The notes below the pieces were generated by a model. The model searched no databases and was not told the DNA's origin. It was given only the letters and a program-made list of their open reading frames with translations. The position numbers and the translations under genes were made by a program. This document shows, piece by piece, positions 25,797 to 37,957 of a stretch of 64,000 nucleotides of DNA (the stretch's first letter is position 1; every line of letters begins with the position of its first letter). Source of the DNA: Eledone cirrhosa (lineage: Eukaryota); NCBI GenBank assembly GCA_964016885.1, contig OZ024740.1, forward strand, positions 132,184,001 to 132,248,000, given 5' to 3'.

Positions 25797-28700
25797 ATGA
25801 CCTCACTCAGAATAGGCAGCATAAATGCGCGTGGCTTGGGGTCGTCATGGAAGCAGGGTCACCTGCTCAACGACCTCAGGTCACTAAACATAGATGTAGT
25901 GGCCATCAGCGAGACCAGAATCTCCGAAGCACGGGCCTTCGTACCGATCTTCGGCGGCTACGATGTGTACGCATCTCCCAGCCGTCCTGGATCGGGTGGA
26001 GGAGTTGCTGTGCTTTTTCGGAGAGGTTTGGATCTCGCCATACGGGCCATCTTCCTGGACCCAGAGGGTAAGCTGGTGGTGCTGGACGTGACCAGCGGAG
26101 ACGGGCAAGCTTTCAGGCTAGTGGCCGTCTATGCCCCGACAGGAGCAGGGCGGCCTGATTTCTTCCGGCGTCTGGAGACCTTTCTTGGAACGTCCCGCTC
26201 TTTAGTGTTAGTGGGCGACTGGAACGGGATCTTAGATGCACGCTGGGACTGTGTGGGATTAGCGGATAGGGGTGGAGGGTGCAAGAGCCTCACCAACCTG
26301 CTCAGGCGTTTTGAACTGTCTGACAGGTACCGATTGGATTTCCCGAATGTGCCAATGTGGACTTGGACAAACCGCATAGGGTCATCCAGATCATATCTAG
26401 ATAGAGTATTTTGTAGGGAAATAGATAGGTCTAGCATAGGCTGTCCACAATTCAAGATAGTCAGCTACACGGACCACAAATTCGTGATCTGTGTGCTTGA
26501 CTTAGATAGGCTTCATAGACGAGGACCCGGCTACTGGAAGCTAAACGCGTCCTTACCAGCGCGCAAGGCCTACAGAGACCGGATTAGCGAACTAGTTAAG
26601 CGGGCGTTGACGGGGGCCATCGTCAACAACAAGTGGTGGTTTGCTCTGAAAAGAGCGATTAGAATAGAATCGATTAGGTTTAGTAAGGCTTTAGCAATAG
26701 AGAAAAATAGAGCAGAGGGAGAACTAGTTAGAAAATTAGACGAGGCGCTTAGCAAAGGCATTGCGACCGACGTGCTTGCGGCGAAATTGGCCCTTGACCA
26801 ATTCTTCAATGCAAAGCACGAAGGCTGCGTTGTCAGAGCTAGGGTGCGTGCTCTCAGACACGAGGGGACGAAAGCCGTTCAATGGGCCCGAGTGGCGGAG
26901 GCGCGTCGTGGCAACAAAGCCACGATCCGGTCTTTGGTGGACCACGACGGGCGCATGCTACTCGATCCCGGGCAAATGTGTGAAACTTTTCAGCGACACT
27001 TCGCTCAGCTGTTCGGGGGCAGCGGGGGGCCGGGTAGAGGGATGGACTTTAGTGTCTACCTCGACGGACTGCCGCGGCTCTCGGCCACTGAGGCGAAGTG
27101 TTGCGAAAAGCCGATAACAGCCGCTGAAGTAAGGGAGGCAATGACTGGCTGCACAAGGGGTAAATCGCCTGGTTTGGATGGTCTGCCCTATGAACTTTAC
27201 GTACAGATGCCAGACTTGTTCGGAGGCCTCTTGGCGGACGTCTACTGCAACTGGCAACAGAACGGGAGAATTCCCAGTTCTGTGAGCCGAGGAGCGGTGG
27301 CACTGCTGAGAAAGGATCCGAACAAGGGGGATAACATAGACAATTTCCGGCCCATAACTCTGCTAAACACAGAGTTTAAGATTTTGGCCAAGGTGCTAGC
27401 AAAGAGGTTGGCGCTTGTCGTTGGTGGTCTGGTGGGAGAGGCGCAGACATGCGCCATTCCCGACAGATCCATCCACGACAACCTCCACCTCATGCGATAC
27501 ATCGTAGAGAGGGTAGCTAGGGAACCTGGCACGGGTGGGTCCTTGATCAATTTAGATCAGTCGAAAGCTTTCGATAGGGTCGACCATCGTTACCTAGCGG
27601 CAGTCCTGAGGGCGGCTGGCTTTGGGCCCGTCTTCAGAGGCTGGATCGCTGCCATGCACAGCGACATCTGCTCTGTGGTGAGAGTGAACGGTCACCTGTC
27701 GGAACCGTTCAACATCATGCGCTCGGTCCGCCAAGGATGTCCCCTCTCGTCCCTCTTGTACGTATTGACTCTCGAGCCATTACTGCACAAACTGGAGACG
27801 TTGAGGGGGGTCCCGCGCGAACTAGGATGCGGAAGATCCGTATCAGCATATGCGGACGATGTCACCGTAGTGGTGTCGAACGCCAAACACATCGAGGCGA
27901 TCGGCACTACACTAAGAGAATACGAAGCGGTGACAGGAGCAATGATCAACCAGGAAAAGTCAGTGGGCCTGCAGCTCGGCACCTGGAGAGGCAGGTCCAT
28001 GCCGTCCAACAGCGTCGTCGGACGCTGGACGGACGGACCGGTTAAATTGCTAGGGGTCTGGTTCGGTCCGGACCTCCAGACGGACAAAAACTGGGACGAG
28101 GTGACGAGCAGGGTGGCTTCTCTCACCCAGAAATGGGCCGAGAGGAAGCTATCCCTGAAAGGTCGAGCGGAGGTGGCTAACGCGTACATCGCGTCCGTCA
28201 TCTGCTACCGCCTGACCGTCGTACCTTGTCCTAAGCCTCGCCTGACTGTGCTGGAGCGTTTGCTCTTTCGCTTTTTGTGGAAGGGACGCGCTCCGATGGT
28301 CAGGCGGTCCATCTGCTGTCAACACCCGCTACGTGGAGGGCTGGGCATGCCGTGGCTGATGATGCGCAGGCACGCGCTCAGGCTACGACATCTCCACCTC
28401 TTCCTCGACGGTGATCAGGTGTGGTCGCCGTTTGCTAGACGCGTGTTTCCCCAGCTCGTTTCCTTGACGGAGCTGCAGTCCTGGGTCAAGCGAAGACCGA
28501 GAGGGAGCGCCTGGAGACTGGAACGTCTTCAGGCGCTCACAGCCCTCGACCAATCGGGCAATGTGATCGGTGGAAACTCCACCTCGGCGTTCTATAGAGG
28601 ATTAGTGGAGGGGAAGAGCGACGACGTACTTGGGGAAACTCGAGGCGTCGACGAAAATCAACTAGCCAATCTCTTCGGAAGAACTTTCGGGCCAGGGCCT

Positions 28701-29216
28701 ATGGACAACTTCCAGAAATCTCTGGCCTGGCAGTGCTACCGAGGAGCCTTGCCAGTTCGGGATAAACTCTACAGGCATGGAGGTGCCGTCAGCCGGGCAT
28801 GTCCGAGATGCGCGCAGGGCGACGAAACCGTCCTGCACGCACTCGTCCAGTGTCCGAAAATTGCTGACTTGTGGGTTTATGTCGAACACCTGCTGTCGCG
28901 TTTAGGACGGATCCGGCTATCATCTGAGTCCATCGTGAGGATTGCCCCGCCCTCCTCCTTTAGCCGGGAAGGGCAGGCAGTTTTTATCTGCCTGGTGGCC
29001 ATGGCGAAAGAGATAGTATGGTGGACACGTTTGAAAGGGCTGAAGACGAGCACTTACCTCTTCGGTGATGCTCTGATTGACTTTTTCAAATTTCATTTGA
29101 AAAGGAAAATCAGAGTAGAGAAGGAAGTGCTCTCTTCCCAGCATTTTGTTGAAAGATGGGTGAGAGAAGCAAGAATGGCCCGAGTGAATGGGCCGACTCT
29201 GAGTATATATCTGTAA
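25797..29216 (+). CDS. Tx1 ORF2: APE endonuclease, reverse transcriptase and C-terminal zinc finger (1139 aa, uninterrupted)
   Basis: APE motifs SINARGL, ISETR, VGDWN, SYLDRVF, TDH; RT motifs KSPGLDG, RPITLLN, LDQSKAFDRV, RQGCPLS, YADD; zinc finger CPRCAQGDETVLHALVQC. Confidence 0.95.
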   Translation: MTSLRIGSINARGLGSSWKQGHLLNDLRSLNIDVVAISETRISEARAFVPIFGGYDVYASPSRPGSGGGVAVLFRRGLDLAIRAIFLDPEGKLVVLDVTSGDGQAFRLVAVYAPTGAGRPDFFRRLETFLGTSRSLVLVGDWNGILDARWDCVGLADRGGGCKSLTNLLRRFELSDRYRLDFPNVPMWTWTNRIGSSRSYLDRVFCREIDRSSIGCPQFKIVSYTDHKFVICVLDLDRLHRRGPGYWKLNASLPARKAYRDRISELVKRALTGAIVNNKWWFALKRAIRIESIRFSKALAIEKNRAEGELVRKLDEALSKGIATDVLAAKLALDQFFNAKHEGCVVRARVRALRHEGTKAVQWARVAEARRGNKATIRSLVDHDGRMLLDPGQMCETFQRHFAQLFGGSGGPGRGMDFSVYLDGLPRLSATEAKCCEKPITAAEVREAMTGCTRGKSPGLDGLPYELYVQMPDLFGGLLADVYCNWQQNGRIPSSVSRGAVALLRKDPNKGDNIDNFRPITLLNTEFKILAKVLAKRLALVVGGLVGEAQTCAIPDRSIHDNLHLMRYIVERVAREPGTGGSLINLDQSKAFDRVDHRYLAAVLRAAGFGPVFRGWIAAMHSDICSVVRVNGHLSEPFNIMRSVRQGCPLSSLLYVLTLEPLLHKLETLRGVPRELGCGRSVSAYADDVTVVVSNAKHIEAIGTTLREYEAVTGAMINQEKSVGLQLGTWRGRSMPSNSVVGRWTDGPVKLLGVWFGPDLQTDKNWDEVTSRVASLTQKWAERKLSLKGRAEVANAYIASVICYRLTVVPCPKPRLTVLERLLFRFLWKGRAPMVRRSICCQHPLRGGLGMPWLMMRRHALRLRHLHLFLDGDQVWSPFARRVFPQLVSLTELQSWVKRRPRGSAWRLERLQALTALDQSGNVIGGNSTSAFYRGLVEGKSDDVLGETRGVDENQLANLFGRTFGPGPMDNFQKSLAWQCYRGALPVRDKLYRHGGAVSRACPRCAQGDETVLHALVQCPKIADLWVYVEHLLSRLGRIRLSSESIVRIAPPSSFSREGQAVFICLVAMAKEIVWWTRLKGLKTSTYLFGDALIDFFKFHLKRKIRVEKEVLSSQHFVERWVREARMARVNGPTLSIYL

Positions 29217-29497
29217 ACTAAAGGTGGAAAACTGGGAGAGGGCACTTGCCTTGGTGGTCAGGGTCATTGTGGCTTTTTACTGGGCTTTCTCCACAAATGT
29301 CCCTCCGAAGTCTCCCCCCTATTGGGGAATTTTTCATTGTTATTTTCATTGTTATTTTTGTTACATCCTCTGTTTTTGTTTTTTTACACGCAGAAATGCC
29401 CATTTGTACTGTCCTGCATTGTCCTGCACTGTCCTTAATGTCTACTTTATGTAAACCCTTGTGGTTAATAAAGAAATCATTATTATTAATATTATTA

Positions 29498-29559
<62 letters not shown>

Positions 29560-32500
29560 GGCGACCTACGTAGTAAATCGTATCATCGTGAGCTCCGCAA
29601 AGGTTTGTTATTTCCGTTTGTTAAAAATTGACATTTATTGAAACATTTTATTGTTAACTGTTTATAAGCGCACATACATTGTTTTCCGAAAAGGACACCC
29701 AAAAAGATTGGGGCCTTGTGACCAAAATTTAAACTTTTATTATTATCAAAAAATTTCTTTAAAAAAAATGGCTAATTCACCTCTGCACGAAGCAGCTGAA
29801 AGCCTTCATCACAAATTAACACCTCACACCGACACCACCATTGTAAATGTTACTACGTTTGCCAACACAAAAAAAAATATAAGCAGTAGCAATATTTTAA
29901 ATTTGTCTCAGGCAGACATTCATTTCCCGCCATTACCAATGACTGCAGGTGTTAAAGCCTCCACCACCACCACCACCGCGACAACCACCACCACCACCAC
30001 CACCACCACCACCACCACCACCACCAACGCGACAACAGAAACAATAGAAAAAACAAATAAATTAACTCGTGATGTCGAAATGAAATCAAGCAAAATGGAC
30101 TCTTCCCCACCAAAGACGACTGACGTCACCACCACCACAACTGAAACTAAAATTAATATTAACACAAATAACGATAGCAACAACAACAACAATGACATTA
30201 TAAAACCGACCCTCAGTTTCGCCATAGTAGCAAAACAGTTCGAAGCATTCACGGTAACTAAGGAGGATTTAGAAAATGCCAAACAAATGGTAATGAAAGA
30301 TGGGTACAGGAGATCCCAGAGGTAATAGACCTCACTGACGACAGCCACCTTACGGTAATTGTCGAGGGCAGAAGACCTAGGTGTGTCGTTTGTGGTGAAG
30401 GAACCCACCTAAGGGCTTTCTGCCCTCAGGCTAAAAGGTTGAGGCCACCTCTCCTACCCACCCCAGTGACACAACCATCAACACCACCAGTAGCAGAGAT
30501 GGCAGCAACAACTGTAGCAGCAACAACAGAAGCAACTATAACAGCAACAACCCCAGCAACAGTAGCAAAACCAACACCACCACCACCACCAGCAAAACCA
30601 ACACCACCACCACCCAACGCTTCAGAACTAGCACCAGCGCCTACACCATCCACCACGCCACAACCAAACCTAACGCCTGTGGAGGATTTTCCACTCCCCG
30701 GCCTATCACAACTGGAGACAGATTGTGACGATGAGGAGTGGGAAACGATATCCGGAAAAAAAAAGAAACCAAAAAAAAAAAATTCTCATCCTTCCCCCTC
30801 CAAATACAAAATACAGAGGGAAACAAATAAATTAGGAAACAAAAAAGTTAGGACAGATATACCACCATCCACACCAGCATCACCAACCCCATCAACCAAA
30901 ACACCATCACCATCACCATCATTAACCCCAACACCACCATCACCTACATCACAAAAGTCACGAAAATGCGAAACAGAAACAAACCCACAACAAACGCAAA
31001 CAAAACAAAACAACCAAAACGATACACACTACACAGCATTAAATTTGAACAACAAGCAATTATTACACTACATCCAACACAACACCAGCATCACAGAAAA
31101 AGACTACGCAACAACCCCAAAATTCACACCACCTCCACACATGCAAATCACTCGCATCACACAGAAAACGTACATGACACTCAAACAAAAATTCCCCTAA
31201 GACATCGGAGACTTCTGACAAGCACTCTCCAGGAGGATTTATAAGGGCATCCTTCCTGAGGAGGCCACAAGCAGTGAAAAGGATGGAAAAACCGTCCTTC
31301 CCCTACGAGAAGTAAGGTAAGTGGTCTTTCCCATCTTTTCCACTCCTTTCAACTCAGAATAGGCAGCATAAATGCGCGTGGCTTGGGGTCGTCATGGAAG
31401 CAGGGCCACCTGCTCAACGTCCTCAGGTCACTAAACATAGATGTAGTGGCCATCAGCGAGACCAGAATCTCCGAAGCACAGGCTTTCGCACCGATCATCA
31501 GCGGCTACGATGTGTACGCATATCCCAGCCGTCCGGGATCGGGGGGAGGAGTTGCTGTGCTATTTCGGAGAGGTTTGGATCTTGCCATACGGGCCATCTT
31601 CCTGGACCCAGAAGGTAAGTTGGTGGTGCTGGACGTGACTAGTGGAGACGGCCAAGCTTTCAGGTTAGTGGCCGTCTATGCCCCGACAGGAGCAGGGCGG
31701 CCTGATTTCTTCCGGCGTCTGGAGATCTTTCTTGGAACGTCCCTCTCTTTAGTGTTAGTGGGCGACTGCAACGGGATCTTAGATGCACGTTGGGATTGTG
31801 TGGGATTAGTGGATAGGGAAGGAGGGTGCAAGAGTCTCACCAACCTGCCCAGACGTTTTGAACTGTCTGACAGGTACCGAATGGATTTCCCGAATGTACC
31901 AATGTGGACTTGGACAAATCGCATAGGGTCATCCAGATCATATCTAGATAGAGTATTTTGGTAGGAAAATAGATAGGTCTAGCAGAGGCTGTCCACAATT
32001 CAAGATAGTCAGCTACACGGACCACAAAGTCGTCATCTGTGTGCTTGACTTAGATAGGCTTCATGGGCGAGGACCCGGCTACTGGAAGCTAAACGCGTCC
32101 TTACCCGCGCGCAAGGCCTACAGAAACCGGATTAGCGAACTAGTTAAGCGAGCGTTGACGGGGGCCATCGTCAACAACAAGTGGTGGTTTGCTCTGAAAA
32201 GAGCAATTAGAATAGAGTCCATTAGGTTTAGTAAGACTTTAGCAAATGAGAAAAATAGAGCAGAGGGAGAACTAGTTAGAAAATTAGATGAGGCGCATAG
32301 CAAAGGCATCGCGACTGACGTATTTGCGGCGAAATTGGCCCTTGACCAATTCTTCAATGCAAAGCACGAAGGCTGCGTTGACAGAGCTAGGGTGCGTGCT
32401 CTCAGACACGAGGGGACGAAAGCCGTTCAATGGGCCCGAGTGGCGGAGGCGCGTCGTGGCAACAAAGCCACGATCCGGTCTTTGGTGGACCACGACTGGC

Positions 32501-34198
32501 GCATGCTACTCGATCCCGGGCAAATGTGTGAAGCATTTGCGACACTTCGCTCAACTGTTCGGACCAGTGGCGGGCCGGATCGAGGGATGGACTTTAGTGT
32601 CTACCTCGACGGACTGCCGCGGCTTTCGGCCACTGAGGCGGAGTGTTGCGAAAAGCCGATAACAACCGCTGAAGTACGGGATGCAATGACTAGTTGCACA
32701 AGGGGTAAATCGCCTGGTTTGGATGGTCGGCCCTATGAACTTTACGTACAAATGACAAACTTGTTCGGAGGCCTCTTGGCGGACGTCTACTGCAACTGGC
32801 AACAGAACGGGAAAATTCCCAGCTCTGTGAGCCGAGGAGCGGTGGCGCTGCTGAGAAAGGATCCGAACAAGGGGGATAACATAGATAATTTTAGGCCCAA
32901 AACTCTGCTAAACACAGAGTTCAAGATTTTGGCCAAGGTGCTAGCAAAGAGGTTGGCGCTTGTCGTTCGTGGTCTGGTGGGAGAGGCACAGACATGCGCC
33001 ATTCCTGACAGATCCATCCACGACAACCTCCACCTCGTGCGATACATCGTAGAGAGATTAGCTAGGGAACCTGGCACGGGTGGGTTTTTGATCAATTTAG
33101 ATCAGTCGAAAGCCTTCGATAGGGTCGACCATCGTTACCTAGAGGCAGTCCTGAGGGCGGCTGGCTTTGGGCCCGTCTTCAGAGGCTGGATCGCTGCCAT
33201 GCACAGCAACATCTGCTCTGTAGTGAGAGTGAACGGTCACCTTTCGGAACCGTTCAACATCATGCGCTCGGTCCGCCAAGGATGTCCCCTCTCGTCCCTC
33301 TTGTACGTATTGACTCTCGAGCCATTACTGCACATGGGGATTAGTGGAGGGGAAGTGCGACGACGTACTTGGAGAAACTCTAGGCGTCAACGAAAATCAA
33401 CTAGCCAATCTCTTCGGAAGGACTTTCGGGCCGGGGCCTATGGACAACTTCCAGAAATCCCTGGCCTGGCAGTGCTACCGGGGTGCTTTGCCAGTTCGCG
33501 ATAAACTTTACAGGCATGTAGGTGCCGTCAGCCGGGCATGTCCGAGATGCGCACAGGGCGACGAAACCGTCCTGCACGCACTCGTCTAATGTCCGAGCAT
33601 TGCTGACTTGTGGGTTTATGTCGAACACCTGCTGTCACGTGTAGGACGGATCCAGCTATCAGCTGAGTCCATCGTGAGGATTGCCCCGCCCTCTTCCTTT
33701 AGCCGGAAAGGGCAGGCAGTTTTTATCTGTCTGGTGGCCATGGCGAAAGAGATAGTATGGTGGACACGTTTGAAAGGGCTGAAGACGAGCACTTACCTCT
33801 TCGGTGATGCCCTGATTAACTTTTTCAAATTTCATTTGAAAAGGAAAATCAGGGTAGAGAGGGAAGTGCTCTCTTCCCAGCATTTTGTTGAAAGATGGTT
33901 GAGAGAAGCAAGTATGGCCCGAATGAATGGGCCTTCCCTGAGTATGTGTCTGTAAACTAAAGGTGGAAAATTGGGAGAGGGCACTTGCCCTGGTGGTCAG
34001 GGCCACTGTGGTCTTTTAATGGGCTTTCTCCACAAATGTCCCTCGGAAGTCTCCCCCCTGTTGGGGAATTTTTCTTTGTTATTTTATTTCATCCTCTGTT
34101 TTTTTTACACGCTGAAATGCCCATTTGTACCGTCCTGTATTGTCCTGTACTGTCCTTAATGTCTACTTTATGTAAACCCTTGTGGTTAATAAAGAAAA

Positions 34199-34199
<1 letters not shown>
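29560..34199 (+). mobile_element. Tx1-clade LINE with a different 5'UTR/ORF1 and a defective ORF2 (copy T3)
   Basis: ORF1 remnants at 29768-30325 and ~30360-31320 (VEGRRPRCVVCGEGTHLRAFC). ORF2 DNA is near-identical to T2, but the start codon region is lost, there is a frameshift at ~31960, and ~810 bp are deleted at ~33335. Ends aataaagaaaac + (att)n. Confidence 0.9.
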
Positions 34200-34229
<30 letters not shown>

Positions 34230-34236
34230 GTTATTA

Positions 34237-37200
34237 CTCTTTGAGTCTCAGTCATTGATGTTAGTTAACTAGAAAGTTTGTTGAGATGAATATCAAGCCA
34301 CTACCTATTCAGGACGTATCGGAGGGTTCTTGCTGTTCCAAGCAAGCATGCCTTTTGAAGCGTTCCAAAAAGCGTGAAGGGGCCAATTTTCTTTAACCAT
34401 CCCTGGAAACATTTTGAGATAGTCCCTAGTGCGCCTTTGACAATCGGGATCACTTTGACTTCATGGCAGTTCCAAATCCTTTTACCTCCCACTTTAAGTC
34501 CTGTGTTCCAATTTCTTGTCCGTCTGTATCGTAAAATCCCACAGCACCTTCACCTGGTCGTTTTCTATCACCGCCTCTGGCTTATGCTCATACCACTTCT
34601 CAGAATGTGGTAAATTGTTTACTTTGCACAGGTGCCTGTGGATCACCCTGCCCATCACATCATGTCTCCAGCCCTTATAGTGAGTCTGGGCTAGTTGTTT
34701 AAACTCGGATACAATGTGAGCCACAGTCTTCTCTCTCTCTCTCCACAGATCCTGCACAGTGGGCTAGCCTCCTCCTTATAAATATGGTGTTTCAACCACT
34801 TCGTTTTGAGGGCCTGCTCCTGCGCAGCCATTAACATTCCTTCTGTAGCCTTTTTAAGGTCTCCTCTTTTCAACCAGTTGCATGTCTGTGGATCTCTAAA
34901 TTCAGTTTTCCCAAAGAAGGTACTATGAAGGGATTTTTCCTGAAGGCTGCTCTTTCTCCTTGATGTTATTTCCTCCTTGGACATCCCCTGGCCTAATGAC
35001 CCCTCCTTCAGTACAGTTCTGAGCATTGGCTCCTTACTATCAGTCACGTATTTGTGTAGGTTGTTTTTCTCCATCTGAACACAGTCCTCTATGCTGATAA
35101 GACCGCTTCCACCCTCAGATCTCCTTAAGTAGAGTCTATCGACATCACTCCTCTTGTGGAACATATTGTAGATAGCCAATAGCTTCCTAGTCTTCCTATC
35201 CATTTCCTTTTGTTCAGCAACATTCCATCTCAAAATTCCCGCACTGTACCTAATAATAGACACAGCTCGGGAATTTACTGCACTTATGGCGTTCCTACTG
35301 TTCAGATGTGACTTTAATACGCTCCTTACTCTCCGAAGGTATTCAGTTCTTATCAATTCCTTCATCTTTTTGTTATTGATGTCATCATCCTTCAGAATGC
35401 CCAAATACTTGTATCCTTCCTCAGAGTCAATTTCTTTTATCATCTCACCTGTTAGTATCTGGATTCCGTTACTTCTGCTCAACTTACCCCTCTTCATCAC
35501 AATGACTCCACACTTACTAATACCAAATTGCATACATATATCATTGCTGAAAATACGGAGTGTCAACAAGCACAACCAACTCCTTCTCACTCTTCCAGAA
35601 GTGCTTAAGATCGTCCATGAAGAGGAGGTGATTGATGGTAAGCCCTCCCTTTCCCAACCCGTATTCTGCACTCACTTTTCGCAGTACACTGGTCAGGGGC
35701 ATCAGGGCAAGGACAAACAACAGAGGGGACAGACTATCTCCCTGGAAGATACTTCTCTTGATCTTCACGCTTCCCAAGGATTCTCCAGTTGATGTTAACT
35801 CTGTTTCCCAGGACTTCCTACTTTTGCCCAACAACTGCCTGATGTTATCTGCCACCTTGAAGATCTCCAGGCTTTTGGTGATCCAAGTATGAGGCACCAT
35901 ATCAAATTCCTTTTTGTAGTCTATCCATCCCATGGAAGACCAGTGTGTCTCCTCTTGCAATTCCTCATTACCATCTTATCAATAAGTAACTGGTCCTTTG
36001 TACCACGTGACTTCTTTCAGCATCCTTTCTGTTCGCCCGGCAACAAGTTGTTTGTGTGGAGGTGATGGTAGATTTCATCAGACATAATGCTTGTCAACAG
36101 TTTCCACATTACGGACAGACATATGAGAGGTCTATAGTTGGTAACATCATTTCCTTGATTCGGTCTTTCATCATCAGAACTGTTGTACCTTTTGTCAACC
36201 ACTCTGGCACCTCACCTGACATCAAGCAGTCATTGAACATGGTTGTCAGTTTCGGGTGGAGGGATGTTATGTTTTTAATCCATAACCCCTGCACACCATC
36301 TGGGCCAGGTGATTTCCAGTTGGTTAGTTTTTTGGCCTGCCCCTTAAGAGTTTCAACTGTGATACTCAAATCAGTTTGTTGGCGTGCCTGTTCACTGATC
36401 TCCTTCTGTACTGTCGCAATCCACACTGCCAGGTCATTATGTTTAACATCCTGCCCCCATATTCCTCTCCAGAATGTTTTAGTTTGTTCCGCCTCAGGGA
36501 TCAAGTCGTTGCTTCTTTCTTTCCCTTCAAGCTGTCCAAACAGCATCTTCTGGTTGTTGTCGAACATGCGGTTCTGTCTATACTGGCTGACTCTGTTCTC
36601 ATATCGCCTGATTTTTGCACTCTTTGCTACAATGCGTTGCTTCAGTTCCTCTATGATAATATTTAGCTTTTTCCTCCTAGTTTTGTACTTTATTTCCAGT
36701 CTATTTTTAGTGTCTATCTTTTTTAGTGTCCCATTCTGTAGGGACTCAAGCTTTCCAATGTCATTTCTCATTTCCCTGATTTGACCACTCAGTCGTTTCT
36801 TCCAACAAGGCTCTGCTCTTTCTTGTCTGTTGTTTCCTCTCGCTTTTATACCAAGTAGTTTCCTCACCGTATTTGCTGTTGCTTTGAGGATATTGTTGCA
36901 CTGGTGAAGGTTCCTCGCCTCAAGGTATGGGATGACTTTGTTTACCTTAGCTGTTGTTTCTTTTAACTGTTCCTGTCTACAAATCTTAGGTTCATAGGTC
37001 TCCCACTATCATTGTTCAATTCATCTACCACTAAGTTTAGGATATCTACCAAATTGTGTCCAAGCCCGTCAGCATTCATCTCCTCAGTGGCCGTATATCT
37101 GTTCCATGTATTATTTATCTCAGCATTCAGATCATTGTCTGTTTCGGGTGGTTCCTCCGTTCTCTCGACCTCTTCACCTTCATTTCCCACTGGCTCGTTT

Positions 37201-37903
37201 GCCTGGCATACTCCACCCTCCATCTCCAAGCTAATCTCTCTGCCCAGTTCCTCCAGTTCCAGCTCGCTTATCCACCCATTAGTTCTTATTACCCGAGCCT
37301 GCCCGGCCAGTTTTTGTTCATCTAATTTAAATGGACCAATCTCGTTCCAGATGTTATGCATCCTTTTCCTATAGCCTTTCTCCATGGGGTTACTCTTCAG
37401 GTAACATTTCATAACAGTTCTATTCAATTCTTTCGTCCTGTTGGTTCTGGACCCTTTCCTTCTTCTTCTTCCTCCGACACCAGCAGTATTTGTTTGACAG
37501 CCAGGTCCCTGCTGCTGAGCCAGGGAGCACCTGTTGGGTGAGAGTCTGTGACATGACATTCTAGTCTCCATTTCACCGTTATTCGAACTGTTTAGGTTCG
37601 ACATTTAAACACTCTTATCGAGGATTGGCGAATGTAACATAACCACCGGTGAATTACTTGTCTCCGGTGGTTTCGTCACTCCACGTGACTTTTGTGTGGC
37701 ATTATCACGCTGTAGACGAACCCAAACAAACAAACAAACAAACAGGCAGAAAAAAACCCAAAAATGAATAAGCATAAGTTTCATTGTAATGTAGTGTTTG
37801 AATGTCTGACTGAGTTTTTCCCTTCCCTTCTCTGTCCATCCGTTTGTTTTTTCTCTTCATTTTTATTTCCTTTACGTTTTTCGTTGTTGCTGTGCTGCTT
37901 TGA

Positions 37904-37910
<7 letters not shown>
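34237..37910 (-). mobile_element. R4/Dong-clade RLE LINE, family B, near full-length but decayed (copy B1)
   Basis: ORF fragments span 37604 to ~34284 (KSPGPDG, FQGDSLSP, FMDDLK, CRIC, RHD). A ~120-bp deletion at ~34503 removes the PD..D nuclease motif. (TAA)n at both ends. Confidence 0.9.
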
Positions 37911-37949
<39 letters not shown>

Positions 37950-37957
37950 GTTGTTAT

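Larger units (their letters stand above)
23446..29478 (+). mobile_element. Full-length Tx1-clade LINE (copy T2)
   Basis: 5'UTR, ORF1 with zinc knuckle, intact ORF2, and a 3'UTR ending aataaagaaatc; (ATT)n on both sides. Confidence 0.93.

Noticed and set aside
25847-29267. Many short overlapping and antisense ORFs within the LINEs
   Set aside because: They are shadow frames of GC-richer TE coding sequence and recur only because the TE copies recur.
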